Positions 9,141 to 16,735 of a stretch of 40,449 nt of DNA are shown here, piece by piece; positions within the stretch are counted from its first letter, which is position 1, and each line of letters starts with the position of its first letter. Location of the stretch: the sequence record SRR22947727_1199; one strand, 5' to 3'. The notes under the pieces are model-generated. The model did not search any database. It was not told the DNA's origin and was given only the letters and a program-made list of their open reading frames with translations. The translations under genes and the position numbers were made by a program.

Positions 9141-9500
9141 GGTTGGCGTCAAAGTTAGACTTCTTTGGCGTTATCAGGTTTTTTTGATCAATAAAAAAGT
9201 GCATTTGCTGGCATATAATGGTACGATTTGATACGCATATTCTGTATATAGATCGACTATATCGCTGTATTTTTTTCTGCAGGTGGCAGCAGTTATAAAG
9301 GGGCGTTTGCATTGAAAAAGGACGGCAAGCTGATCTTCAACCAATAAAAACCGTTGTGCCGCTGTCGGGACGGCTTAAACCGTGCTATCCACCTGTTCGG
9401 CCGTCGCGTATGGCGATATGACGCCTCGGCGCGGTTATCGAGCCCTTTGTGATGAGGATGGTCTATGCCCTCTTTAAGCTCTTTTAAAGCCTCTTTTGAC
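9141..9500 (-). mobile_element. Degraded IS6-family transposase C-terminal relic (frameshifted) with possible decayed terminal inverted repeat
   Basis: Minus strand reads ...EALKELKEGIDHPHHKGLDNRAEASYRHTRR...RFKPSRQ, then after a frameshift near 9360 AQRFLLVEDQLAVLFQCKRPFITAATCRKKYSDIVDLYTEY. This matches the IS6 pattern H.HKGLNNRAE.SH..TRRRE...RFKS.RQAQRFL..HDQ...LF. GGTTGGCGTCAAAGTTAG at 9141 resembles IS6-type ends. Confidence 0.72.
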
Positions 9501-9632
9501 GCTTTTGGCCCTCTTCGGTTTGCGGCGATTAAATCCCTCAAAGTAATTTGAGCAATCCGCATATGTAGCCGCTGGGCAGACGATCCTGCAGCGCGCGGTT
9601 TCTTCAAAGCCACATAAGGATTGAAGGTGCGA

Positions 9633-9676
9633 TTTTGGCGATTTTGCGGAGGTTTAAACCCAGCCTAGAAGGCTGG
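9633..9676 (+). repeat. Copy 2 of the ~44-bp degenerate direct repeat; its hairpin may also act as the 3' structure of hpsO
   Basis: TTTTGGCGATTTTGCGGAGGTTTAAACCCAGCCTAGAAGGCTGG, ending in the hairpin CCAGCC-TAGAA-GGCTGG. Confidence 0.65.
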
Positions 9677-9684
9677 ATCACGGT

Positions 9685-10446
9685 TTATTTCGCGGTATAG
9701 CCGCCATCGACCATCAGAACCTGTCCCGTCACATAGGCAGAGGCCTGTGAGCATAGAAACAAAAGGGGGCCGTCTATGTCTGACAAATCTCCATTACGGC
9801 CGATGCAGGTTTGGGCGGCATTGCGGGCAGAGCGCTCGGCATCCGCAAAAACCGGCCCTGTTAGCTCGGTTGGGAAGAACCCGGGCCCAATCGCATTGGT
9901 GTTAATCCCAAAGCCCGACCAAGCTTCTGCCATCGCGCGCGTCAATTGTGCAATGCCGGCTTTCGAAGCGCCGTAGCTGACTCCGCCGGGAAAGGCGCGC
10001 GTGGTTTGAAGCGATGCGAAATTTACGATCCGGCCCCAGCCTTTGGCTTTCATACCCGACACAAGCGCCTGACTTAGAAAAAACGGTGCTGCAAGATTAA
10101 GGTTGAGCGTTATGTCCCAGCCTTCATCGGTTACGTTATCAGCGGTTTCGCGGGTGTTTATTCCGGCTGCATGAACCACTATGTCGGGCGCGCCGAACGG
10201 GGCGGCGATTTGAGCGGCGATCTCTTTTATCTGGCTGCGCTCAGACAGGTCGGCAGACAGAGTAGCGACTTTTGGCCCGATACGCTCGGCCCAATCCGAA
10301 AGCGCTTCTGCGCGCCGCGCCACGCCAATGACCTGCGCACCAGCCGCGGCCAAAGCCGAGGCTGCCTGTTGCCCCAGGCCAGAACTGGCCCCAGTGACGC
10401 AAGCAACGCGCCCCGACAGATCAAAAAGCGTGTTTGGATCAGCCAT
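9685..10446 (-). CDS. hpsO: SDR-family oxidoreductase, DHPS dehydrogenase HpsO
   Basis: TGASSGLG, YGASK catalytic motif, NAIGPG, VDGG. Overlaps the hpsN stop, in the position hpsO occupies in Roseobacter hps clusters. Confidence 0.8.
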   Translation of the reverse strand: MADPNTLFDLSGRVACVTGASSGLGQQAASALAAAGAQVIGVARRAEALSDWAERIGPKVATLSADLSERSQIKEIAAQIAAPFGAPDIVVHAAGINTRETADNVTDEGWDITLNLNLAAPFFLSQALVSGMKAKGWGRIVNFASLQTTRAFPGGVSYGASKAGIAQLTRAMAEAWSGFGINTNAIGPGFFPTELTGPVFADAERSARNAAQTCIGRNGDLSDIDGPLLFLCSQASAYVTGQVLMVDGGYTAK

Positions 10447-11746
10447 TCGCGCTCAGATCAAAGTTTTCCCCGGGAAAATATTTGGCAAGCCGCACGTCAG
10501 CGGCGCGAGCGTGACCCTCCATGCCTTCCAACCGAGAAATCCGCGCGGTGGCTTGCGCAACCCGTTTCGAGCCCTCGCGCGTGGCCTGCTGCCAGGTGAC
10601 GATTTTCATATATTTATGCACTGATAATCCACCAGTATACGCGGCTGCGCCCGATGTGGGCAGCACATGATTGGTGCCCGATGCTTTATCGCCATAAGAG
10701 ACGGTTGTTTCTTCGCCCAAGAACAAAGATCCATAGCAGCTTAAGCGGCCGCGCCACCAATCCAGATCCTCGGCCTGTACAGTCAAATGCTCGGGGGCGT
10801 ATTCATCCGATGTGGCGGCCATTTCTTCGCGGTCTGCGCACACGATGACCTCTGCGTAATCGCGCCATGCGGCAAGCGCATTATCCCGGTTCAAGTCTGG
10901 AAGATCATTGATCAGCTTTGGAATTCGATTCATCACGTCTTCGGCCAAGTCTTTGCTATCAGTCACCAGCCAGACGGGGGAATTATAGCCGTGTTCGGCT
11001 TGGCTGACCAAATCGGTCGCAACGATATGCGGGTCGGCGGATTTATCTGCCAGAACCAAACTATCGGTCGGCCCTGCGATCATATCAATGCCAACGCGGC
11101 CAAACAGAATGCGTTTTGCCTCGGCTACGAATTGATTGCCCGGCCCAACCAAAATATTGGCTTTGGGCAATCCAAACAACCCGAATGTCATTGCAGCAAT
11201 GCCTTGAACGCCCCCTAATGCCATAATCGTATCGGCCCCGCAGATATGGGCGGCGTAAATAATCGCAGGCGCGACGCCAACGCCCGGCCGGGGAGGGGAG
11301 GTGGCCATAATATGATTGCAGCCCGCCACTTTCGCCGTTGTCACCGTCATAATTGCACTGGCAATATGGCTGTAACGGCCTCCGGGCACGTAACAACCCG
11401 CCGCTTCAACCGGAATGGCTTTTTGACCCGCAATCAATCCTGGAACAACCTCATGTTCAACATCGCTTACCGTGGCTTTTTGCGCCTCTGCAAACCGGCG
11501 CACATTTTCATGGGCGAATTGAATGTCTTCTTTCAGCTTTTGTGGCACCAATTCGCAAGCGGCGGCAATTTCTTCTTGCGTCAGAATAACATTGCCATCG
11601 TATTTATCGAATTTTTGCGCGTATTCGATCGCTTTCGCATCGCCGCCTTCTTCAATATCGTTCAATATCCCTCGAACAATATCATGGACATTTGATGCAT
11701 CGGATTGTGCGGTAAGCGTTGCTTTTTTCAGGTAGTTTCGTGCCAT
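10439..11746 (-). CDS. hpsN: Sulfopropanediol (DHPS) 3-dehydrogenase HpsN, histidinol dehydrogenase family
   Basis: HisD-fold motifs (GCYVPGGRY, GPGNQFVAEAKR, IDMIAGP, SQAEHG, YAPEHL, GTNHVLPT). Context is TRAP + SDR + LacI rather than his genes. Confidence 0.88.
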   Translation of the reverse strand: MARNYLKKATLTAQSDASNVHDIVRGILNDIEEGGDAKAIEYAQKFDKYDGNVILTQEEIAAACELVPQKLKEDIQFAHENVRRFAEAQKATVSDVEHEVVPGLIAGQKAIPVEAAGCYVPGGRYSHIASAIMTVTTAKVAGCNHIMATSPPRPGVGVAPAIIYAAHICGADTIMALGGVQGIAAMTFGLFGLPKANILVGPGNQFVAEAKRILFGRVGIDMIAGPTDSLVLADKSADPHIVATDLVSQAEHGYNSPVWLVTDSKDLAEDVMNRIPKLINDLPDLNRDNALAAWRDYAEVIVCADREEMAATSDEYAPEHLTVQAEDLDWWRGRLSCYGSLFLGEETTVSYGDKASGTNHVLPTSGAAAYTGGLSVHKYMKIVTWQQATREGSKRVAQATARISRLEGMEGHARAADVRLAKYFPGENFDLSANG

Positions 11747-11758
11747 AGTTATTTTGCC

Positions 11759-13087
11759 TTATTTATAGATATCTGGAAGCATTGTTGTTGAAATCGCAGG
11801 TACAAAAGCGATTAAAAGAACCACAACAAGCATGAAAAATACGAATGGGACTGCGCGCCAAGCGATCCGCAGGATTGACTCTCCGGTAATCCCGGAAACA
11901 ACGAACAAGTTTAACCCCAAGGGCGGTGTGATGAACCCGACACCCAAGGCGGTAATCATCATGATACAGAACTGAATTTCGTTCATGCCGACATTATCGG
12001 CCAAAGGCTTCAAAATTGGCGCAAGGATCACAATGTTGGGGGTTGTTTCCATCACACATCCCGCAGCGATCAAAATGCCGATCATCATCAAAATTAATAG
12101 GGTAGGATCATCGGTAAGGGTGGTGACAGAATGAACAAACCCTTGTGGCACGCCCATGATCGCCAAAGCCTGCGCGAGGGGCAATGAAAAAGCGATAATC
12201 GGAAGAATAATTCCGTTCACTTTTGCGGAGCTGACCAGCATATTGGGAAAGTCAGATAATTTAAGCGTGCCCAAAACAAAGCCAATAATGATCGTTACGA
12301 TCACGGCGGTTGCGCCCGCTTCTGTGGGCGTCAATCTTCCCGAAAAGATGCCATAAAAGATAATGCCGGGCACGATAAAGGCATACCATCCAGAGGCAAG
12401 CGCCCTGATAAGGTTTCCGAAATATTCTGCCGCCGACATATTGCCACCGCCTTCATATCCGTAAATTCTGTTGACAACGAGATTGGTGATCAGGATGGCC
12501 GTTAAGATCAGCAATCCGGGGATCAGCGCAGCTAAAAATAAGGTTGAGGCGGATATACCCAGCACCAGACCAATAATAATATAGGCAATGGAGGGTGGAA
12601 TTAAGATCCCTGTGCAAGCCCCTGCGGCAACGAGAGCGCAGGCATAGGGACGCGGATAACCACTCTCGACCAACCGATCGATGGTCATCCGCCCCACGGC
12701 GGCGGCGCCGGCGGCGTCCGAGCCTGAAATCGCCGCAAACATGCCGCAAACAAGAACGGTTGCTGACCCAAATCCGCCCTTGGCAAATTGCGTAACGGCT
12801 TCCGCCACGTTCAGAAATTTACGAGATAGGCCGGTTCTCACCAAAACATCGCCAGTTAGAATGAACAGCGGCACCGCGGTTAGAGCAAAAGCATCGATGC
12901 CATCAAACAGGCTTTCGCCAACCAATGCCAAAGGTAAATCGCCCGACATTAGCAGCATGGTGATCGCAGCAACCCCGATGGACGCCCAGACCGGCACGGC
13001 CAGCGCAGCAAGGACCACGAAGATAATCACCGGTAGGTAAAAATCCCACCCCAGCTCAACGGCTTGATTAAGTGTATTGAAAAGCAT
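11759..13087 (-). CDS. hpsM: TRAP transporter large permease (DHPS)
   Basis: DctM motifs (AVPLFILTG, GILIPPSI, TPTEAG, GFITPPLGLNLFV); hps context. Confidence 0.88.
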   Translation of the reverse strand: MLFNTLNQAVELGWDFYLPVIIFVVLAALAVPVWASIGVAAITMLLMSGDLPLALVGESLFDGIDAFALTAVPLFILTGDVLVRTGLSRKFLNVAEAVTQFAKGGFGSATVLVCGMFAAISGSDAAGAAAVGRMTIDRLVESGYPRPYACALVAAGACTGILIPPSIAYIIIGLVLGISASTLFLAALIPGLLILTAILITNLVVNRIYGYEGGGNMSAAEYFGNLIRALASGWYAFIVPGIIFYGIFSGRLTPTEAGATAVIVTIIIGFVLGTLKLSDFPNMLVSSAKVNGIILPIIAFSLPLAQALAIMGVPQGFVHSVTTLTDDPTLLILMMIGILIAAGCVMETTPNIVILAPILKPLADNVGMNEIQFCIMMITALGVGFITPPLGLNLFVVSGITGESILRIAWRAVPFVFFMLVVVLLIAFVPAISTTMLPDIYK

Positions 13088-13098
13088 CGCCCTATTCC

Positions 13099-13611
13099 TC
13101 AGTCAAACAGCTTATCGCCTTCGTAAACGGGTGACCCGTCGCGAAGGCTGCGCAGATCGCGCAGGAGAGATTGCGTTAATCGCAGAATTACCAGAAAAAA
13201 CCCAATTGGCACTGCCATCAGGAACCAAACCATCGACACCCGAAGGCCATGGCTTACAGAGCCAAATTTCCATGAGACATGGACGGTTTCCCAGGACCAG
13301 TATAACGCGATCAAAGCAACCGCAAACATGACAAGATCACCGAAGATGTAGAGCAGGGTTTTCACCGAAGGGCTCAAATAATGCATCACCACATCAATTC
13401 TGATATGCGCGCGGTCTTTCACGGCCGCGGCCGCACCGATCCAGGCAAGATAGATAAAAGAATACCGCACAATTTCTTCGCCCCAAATCGATGAATAGGC
13501 AAAGATTTCGCGGCGAAACACTTCAACGGCCATCGTCATAACGAGCATGACGTAAAAGGCTAAAAGTGCCCATTTTTCGGCGTCTTTATTGAACCTTTGA
13601 AGTAACAACAT
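13099..13611 (-). CDS. hpsL: TRAP transporter small permease (DHPS)
   Basis: DctQ motifs (WGEEIVRY, HIRID) and about four hydrophobic segments. ATG 13611 with GAGAGG RBS is preferred over 13647. Confidence 0.85.
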   Translation of the reverse strand: MLLLQRFNKDAEKWALLAFYVMLVMTMAVEVFRREIFAYSSIWGEEIVRYSFIYLAWIGAAAAVKDRAHIRIDVVMHYLSPSVKTLLYIFGDLVMFAVALIALYWSWETVHVSWKFGSVSHGLRVSMVWFLMAVPIGFFLVILRLTQSLLRDLRSLRDGSPVYEGDKLFD

Positions 13612-13681
13612 AACAAACCTCTCTCTTAGCGTCGCTCTGGCTGGCAAGGCGCGTTGATAAATACAAAATTATTTTGAGAGT

Positions 13682-13712
13682 AAAAATGGTGGGCGTTTTT
13701 GCACGCCCACCA
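13682..13712 (-). terminator. Terminator-like hairpin between hpsK and hpsL
   Basis: Minus strand TGGTGGGCGT-GCAAAA-ACGCCCACCA-TTTTT: perfect 10-bp stem plus U-tract. Confidence 0.75.
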
Positions 13713-13719
13713 AAGACAC

Positions 13720-14874
13720 TTATGCGTCGTGTACGTAGTAGCGGCCTTGCGTGCCGGCTGCTTCTTCTAGCTTGGCGAATGTATCCATTGATCCAGCCAG
13801 CTCAACTTTGAAGCTATCCCATGCTGCATTCTGATAGCCGCCAACAGATTGCCACTCAGCCAGTTGATCCTCGCTTAATGAGTGGAACTGAACGCCCGAT
13901 TTGCGGAGCTCAGCCATGGCGTAATTGCGCGCTGAAGGTACTTTTGACAGGTTCTGATGACGGGTGATTTCCGCCGCTTCCATAATGCCGTCTTGAACAT
14001 CTGCCGGCATAGAGTTGAACCATTCGAGGTTACAAGAATACACCTGCGAATCTGGAACCGCCTGCGTGAAAGTTACATGGCTCAGAATGTCTTTGAAGCC
14101 AAATACATACAGCGCGCCAACGGATGGGTCGAGCGCGTCTGCAACGCCTTGTTTGATCGCTGAGGGCGTTTCACCCCAGGCTACAGGTGTTGGGTTTGCA
14201 CCGACCATGCGGTAATATTGCTGCAACATTGCTGAGCCTGGTACGCGGAATTTTACGCCAGACAAATCACCAGGTGTCATCACAGCGCCTGCACCACCTT
14301 TGCGAACCGCAACTACACGCGGGTCGATATTGACATAGAACAATGCTTTGAAACCCGCCGCTTCGACATTCGGGTTTACCGCTTTTGCCCAAGTGTCAGA
14401 ATGTACCAGGTTTGTGAAGCGCTGGTTTGAACCACAAAGGTACGGCATGTTGATCAAGTCAACAGTTGACGCGAAGGGGGCAAAGTTTGACAAAGAATGC
14501 TGCGCAGCTTGGATGGTCCCTGATTGTACCTTCTGTGCCAACGCGCCACCTGCGCCCAACTGTCCGCCGGGGGCCAATTTGACATAGACTTTGCCGCTTG
14601 TTGCGTTTTGGATGTTTTCTTTAAGGTCCAATTGCATGATTGGGTAGCTGCGCGTCGCGCCCAGCACATAGGCTGTTGCGATTGTCATCACGTGATCCGC
14701 GGCTTTTTCGCGATCTCTTTCTTCGCTGGCCGTCTGAGCTGCAGCCTCAGTTGACCAAAGCGTTCCCGCTGCGCCTGCAACCATTGCGGCTGTGAAGCTG
14801 CCTGAGCCCGCTAGCTTCAGGAAATTTCGGCGTGTTGCCGATTTCAGGTTTTTGTTCTCGTTACTCAATTTCAT
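13720..14874 (-). CDS. hpsK: TRAP transporter substrate-binding protein (DHPS), Tat-exported
   Basis: Twin-arginine motif TRRNFLK; DctP motifs (GQLG, KFRVP, GANPTPVAWGE, QGVAD). Confidence 0.88.
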   Translation of the reverse strand: MKLSNENKNLKSATRRNFLKLAGSGSFTAAMVAGAAGTLWSTEAAAQTASEERDREKAADHVMTIATAYVLGATRSYPIMQLDLKENIQNATSGKVYVKLAPGGQLGAGGALAQKVQSGTIQAAQHSLSNFAPFASTVDLINMPYLCGSNQRFTNLVHSDTWAKAVNPNVEAAGFKALFYVNIDPRVVAVRKGGAGAVMTPGDLSGVKFRVPGSAMLQQYYRMVGANPTPVAWGETPSAIKQGVADALDPSVGALYVFGFKDILSHVTFTQAVPDSQVYSCNLEWFNSMPADVQDGIMEAAEITRHQNLSKVPSARNYAMAELRKSGVQFHSLSEDQLAEWQSVGGYQNAAWDSFKVELAGSMDTFAKLEEAAGTQGRYYVHDA

Positions 14875-14901
14875 GTACTCCCTAAGTGATATGTACCGCG
14901 G

Positions 14902-15075
14902 CTACTTTTTAGCCTCAGCTTCTTTCGTCAGAATCGTGATGACAAACAGGATGGCGACGCCACTTAACATGAGCATTTCGCCGACATCGCCAATAAACGA
15001 AGCGTTATAGAATGACCCAAGGGCCACATTTAAAGTGAAAATCACGAATAAGATGATCGCTCCGATAAGCGGCAT
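14902..15075 (-). CDS. Small two-helix membrane protein (57 aa), first gene of the hps operon; not in the ORF track
   Basis: GGGAGGA RBS, then MPLIGAIILFVIFTLNVALGSFYNASFIGDVGEMLMLSGVAILFVITILTKEAEAKK*. Ends 27 nt before the hpsK start. Confidence 0.8.
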   Translation of the reverse strand: MPLIGAIILFVIFTLNVALGSFYNASFIGDVGEMLMLSGVAILFVITILTKEAEAKK

Positions 15076-15111
15076 TTAACCTATCCTCCCAGATGTTAAG
15101 CCGATTCTGAC

Positions 15112-15153
15112 GCAATGTAAGCGTTTACATTGCTAAAATGCAAGCGTTTACAT
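15112..15153. promoter_or_regulatory. Two tandem LacI-family operators (candidate HpsR sites)
   Basis: Near-perfect palindrome GCAATGTAAGCGTTTACATTGC (15112-15133) and a second copy AATGCAAGCGTTTACAT (15137-15153). Both have the central CG typical of LacI-family sites and lie between the divergent hps operon and the LacI gene. Confidence 0.8.
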
Positions 15154-15219
15154 CGAATATTTTAATTTCTTTAATAATGCCATATAGTTGCAGTTCTGAA
15201 CAAAGTGGGTTGACCTTGA

Positions 15220-16242
15220 ATGCGCATTAAAAATGGCACTCCAACGCTTCATGATGTTGCTTTTGCGGCCAATGTGTCGACGGCAACCGTCTCGCGATGT
15301 CTGAATTTTCCCGATAAAGTGTCGGCTGCAACGCGCCAAAAAGTGTCTGCCGCGATCAGCGAGTTGGGTTATTTGCCAAACTTTGGTGCCAAAGTCATGG
15401 CCACTAATCGCACCAATACGATCGGCGCGATTATTCCCACGATGGAAAACGCAATTTTCGCGCGTGGCCTCCAAGCCTTTCAAGAAGAGTTATTGTTGCA
15501 CGGTTTCACGCTTTTGGTTGCCAGTACGTCATACCGGCCTGAAATAGAACAAGAGCAAATCAGAGCGCTGGTAGCCCGCGGGGCGGATGCGTTGCTTTTG
15601 ATTGGGCATGAGCGTGATCCCGAGATCTATCGATTTCTAGAAAACCAAGGAGTCGCGGCGTTGACCGCTTGGGCTTATAACAGCCAAGCTGAACGACCCT
15701 CTGTGGGGTTTGACAACCGTGCTGCGATGCGTGAGATGGCGGTCAAAGTGATAGAGATGGGCCATCGAAAACTGGCGCTGATTTCTGCGCAAAGAGCAAC
15801 CAATGACCGTGCACAAGCCCGTCATTCTGGTATTTTGGATGCGATGGCGGAAAACGGATTGGATCCAAATGATCTTTATTTGCTTGAAACCACCTATGGT
15901 ATCGAGGAGGGCGCGCAAGCTTTCAAGCAGGTTATGGCTGCAAATACGGGGGCAACCGCTGTGTTTTGCGGTAATGATGTTTTGGCCGTGGGGGCGTTGA
16001 GAAGCGCGCGCGAGCTAAACCTAAACGTTCCCAAGGATGTATCTATCATTGGGTTTGACGATATCGAATTGGCGCAAGTTGCCTATCCGGCGCTGACCAC
16101 AGTGCATGTTCCGCATCGTGAAATGGGAGTATTCGCGGCGAAAGCGCTGGCGAATTTAATCAAAGAGGGAACTGCTCTGAAATCCATACCGTTAAAGACC
16201 AAACTTGTGTTCCGAGATACGCTTGCCGCTGTGGCGCCCTAA
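15220..16242 (+). CDS. hpsR: LacI-family transcriptional regulator of DHPS catabolism
   Basis: N-terminal HTH TLHDVAFAANVSTATVSR, LGYLPN hinge, VPKDVSIIGFDD, PALTTV; divergent from hpsK. Confidence 0.85.
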   Translation: MRIKNGTPTLHDVAFAANVSTATVSRCLNFPDKVSAATRQKVSAAISELGYLPNFGAKVMATNRTNTIGAIIPTMENAIFARGLQAFQEELLLHGFTLLVASTSYRPEIEQEQIRALVARGADALLLIGHERDPEIYRFLENQGVAALTAWAYNSQAERPSVGFDNRAAMREMAVKVIEMGHRKLALISAQRATNDRAQARHSGILDAMAENGLDPNDLYLLETTYGIEEGAQAFKQVMAANTGATAVFCGNDVLAVGALRSARELNLNVPKDVSIIGFDDIELAQVAYPALTTVHVPHREMGVFAAKALANLIKEGTALKSIPLKTKLVFRDTLAAVAP

Positions 16243-16735
16243 AGCTGGTTCAGGGGGAAACAGCCGGTACGCTGTGGATAGTCCGTGCGCTTAGAAATCG
16301 GTGTTGGGATATCCCTTAAATGATTTGGGGTTTAAGATGTGGTTTCAGCTAAAACTGTGCCAGCTTTACGCGAATATTTCGGGAAATTATTTTGCCTCTC
16401 CTACTCTGCACCTGCGTCTTACGGTAGATTTGGCGATCTGTGGACCCGTCGGTACAATAGATTTTCTTCACGTTCTAAAATTCAAGTTTGCAGGAAAGGG
16501 TTCTCACAAGGCGCTGCTTATATTGAGTGATGCTTTTGGCGGCCGGGCTTTGCAGTTTTAATAGGCGCTCAAACTTTTGCGACTAAACGACTTATGGTTA
16601 AAGAATACTTCGGATGCCTAGTGCCTTTGGTATGGGCCGACGCATTTAGCCCGGTTTTGTATGATCGATAAAACAACTTGTAAATCGGCCCCGACAACCC
16701 CTAGTTTTAACAGACTAAATTGGAGGTCTTTTTTC

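Noticed and set aside
9293-9613. 106-aa hypothetical protein as a real gene
   Set aside because: Its recognisable part is a frameshifted IS6 transposase fragment.
10439-11746. Histidinol dehydrogenase (hisD) for histidine biosynthesis
   Set aside because: HisD fold, but flanked by TRAP, SDR and LacI genes in hps order with no his genes; HpsN fits better.
14792-15010. 72-aa plus-strand ORF
   Set aside because: Antisense shadow of hpsK and the 57-aa membrane ORF.
16301-16561. Short ORFs in the hpsR-hydantoinase spacer, and a possible third repeat copy (TTTGGCGATCTGTGGA near 16429)
   Set aside because: The ORFs lack motifs and RBS; the repeat similarity is only about 16 nt and has no hairpin.
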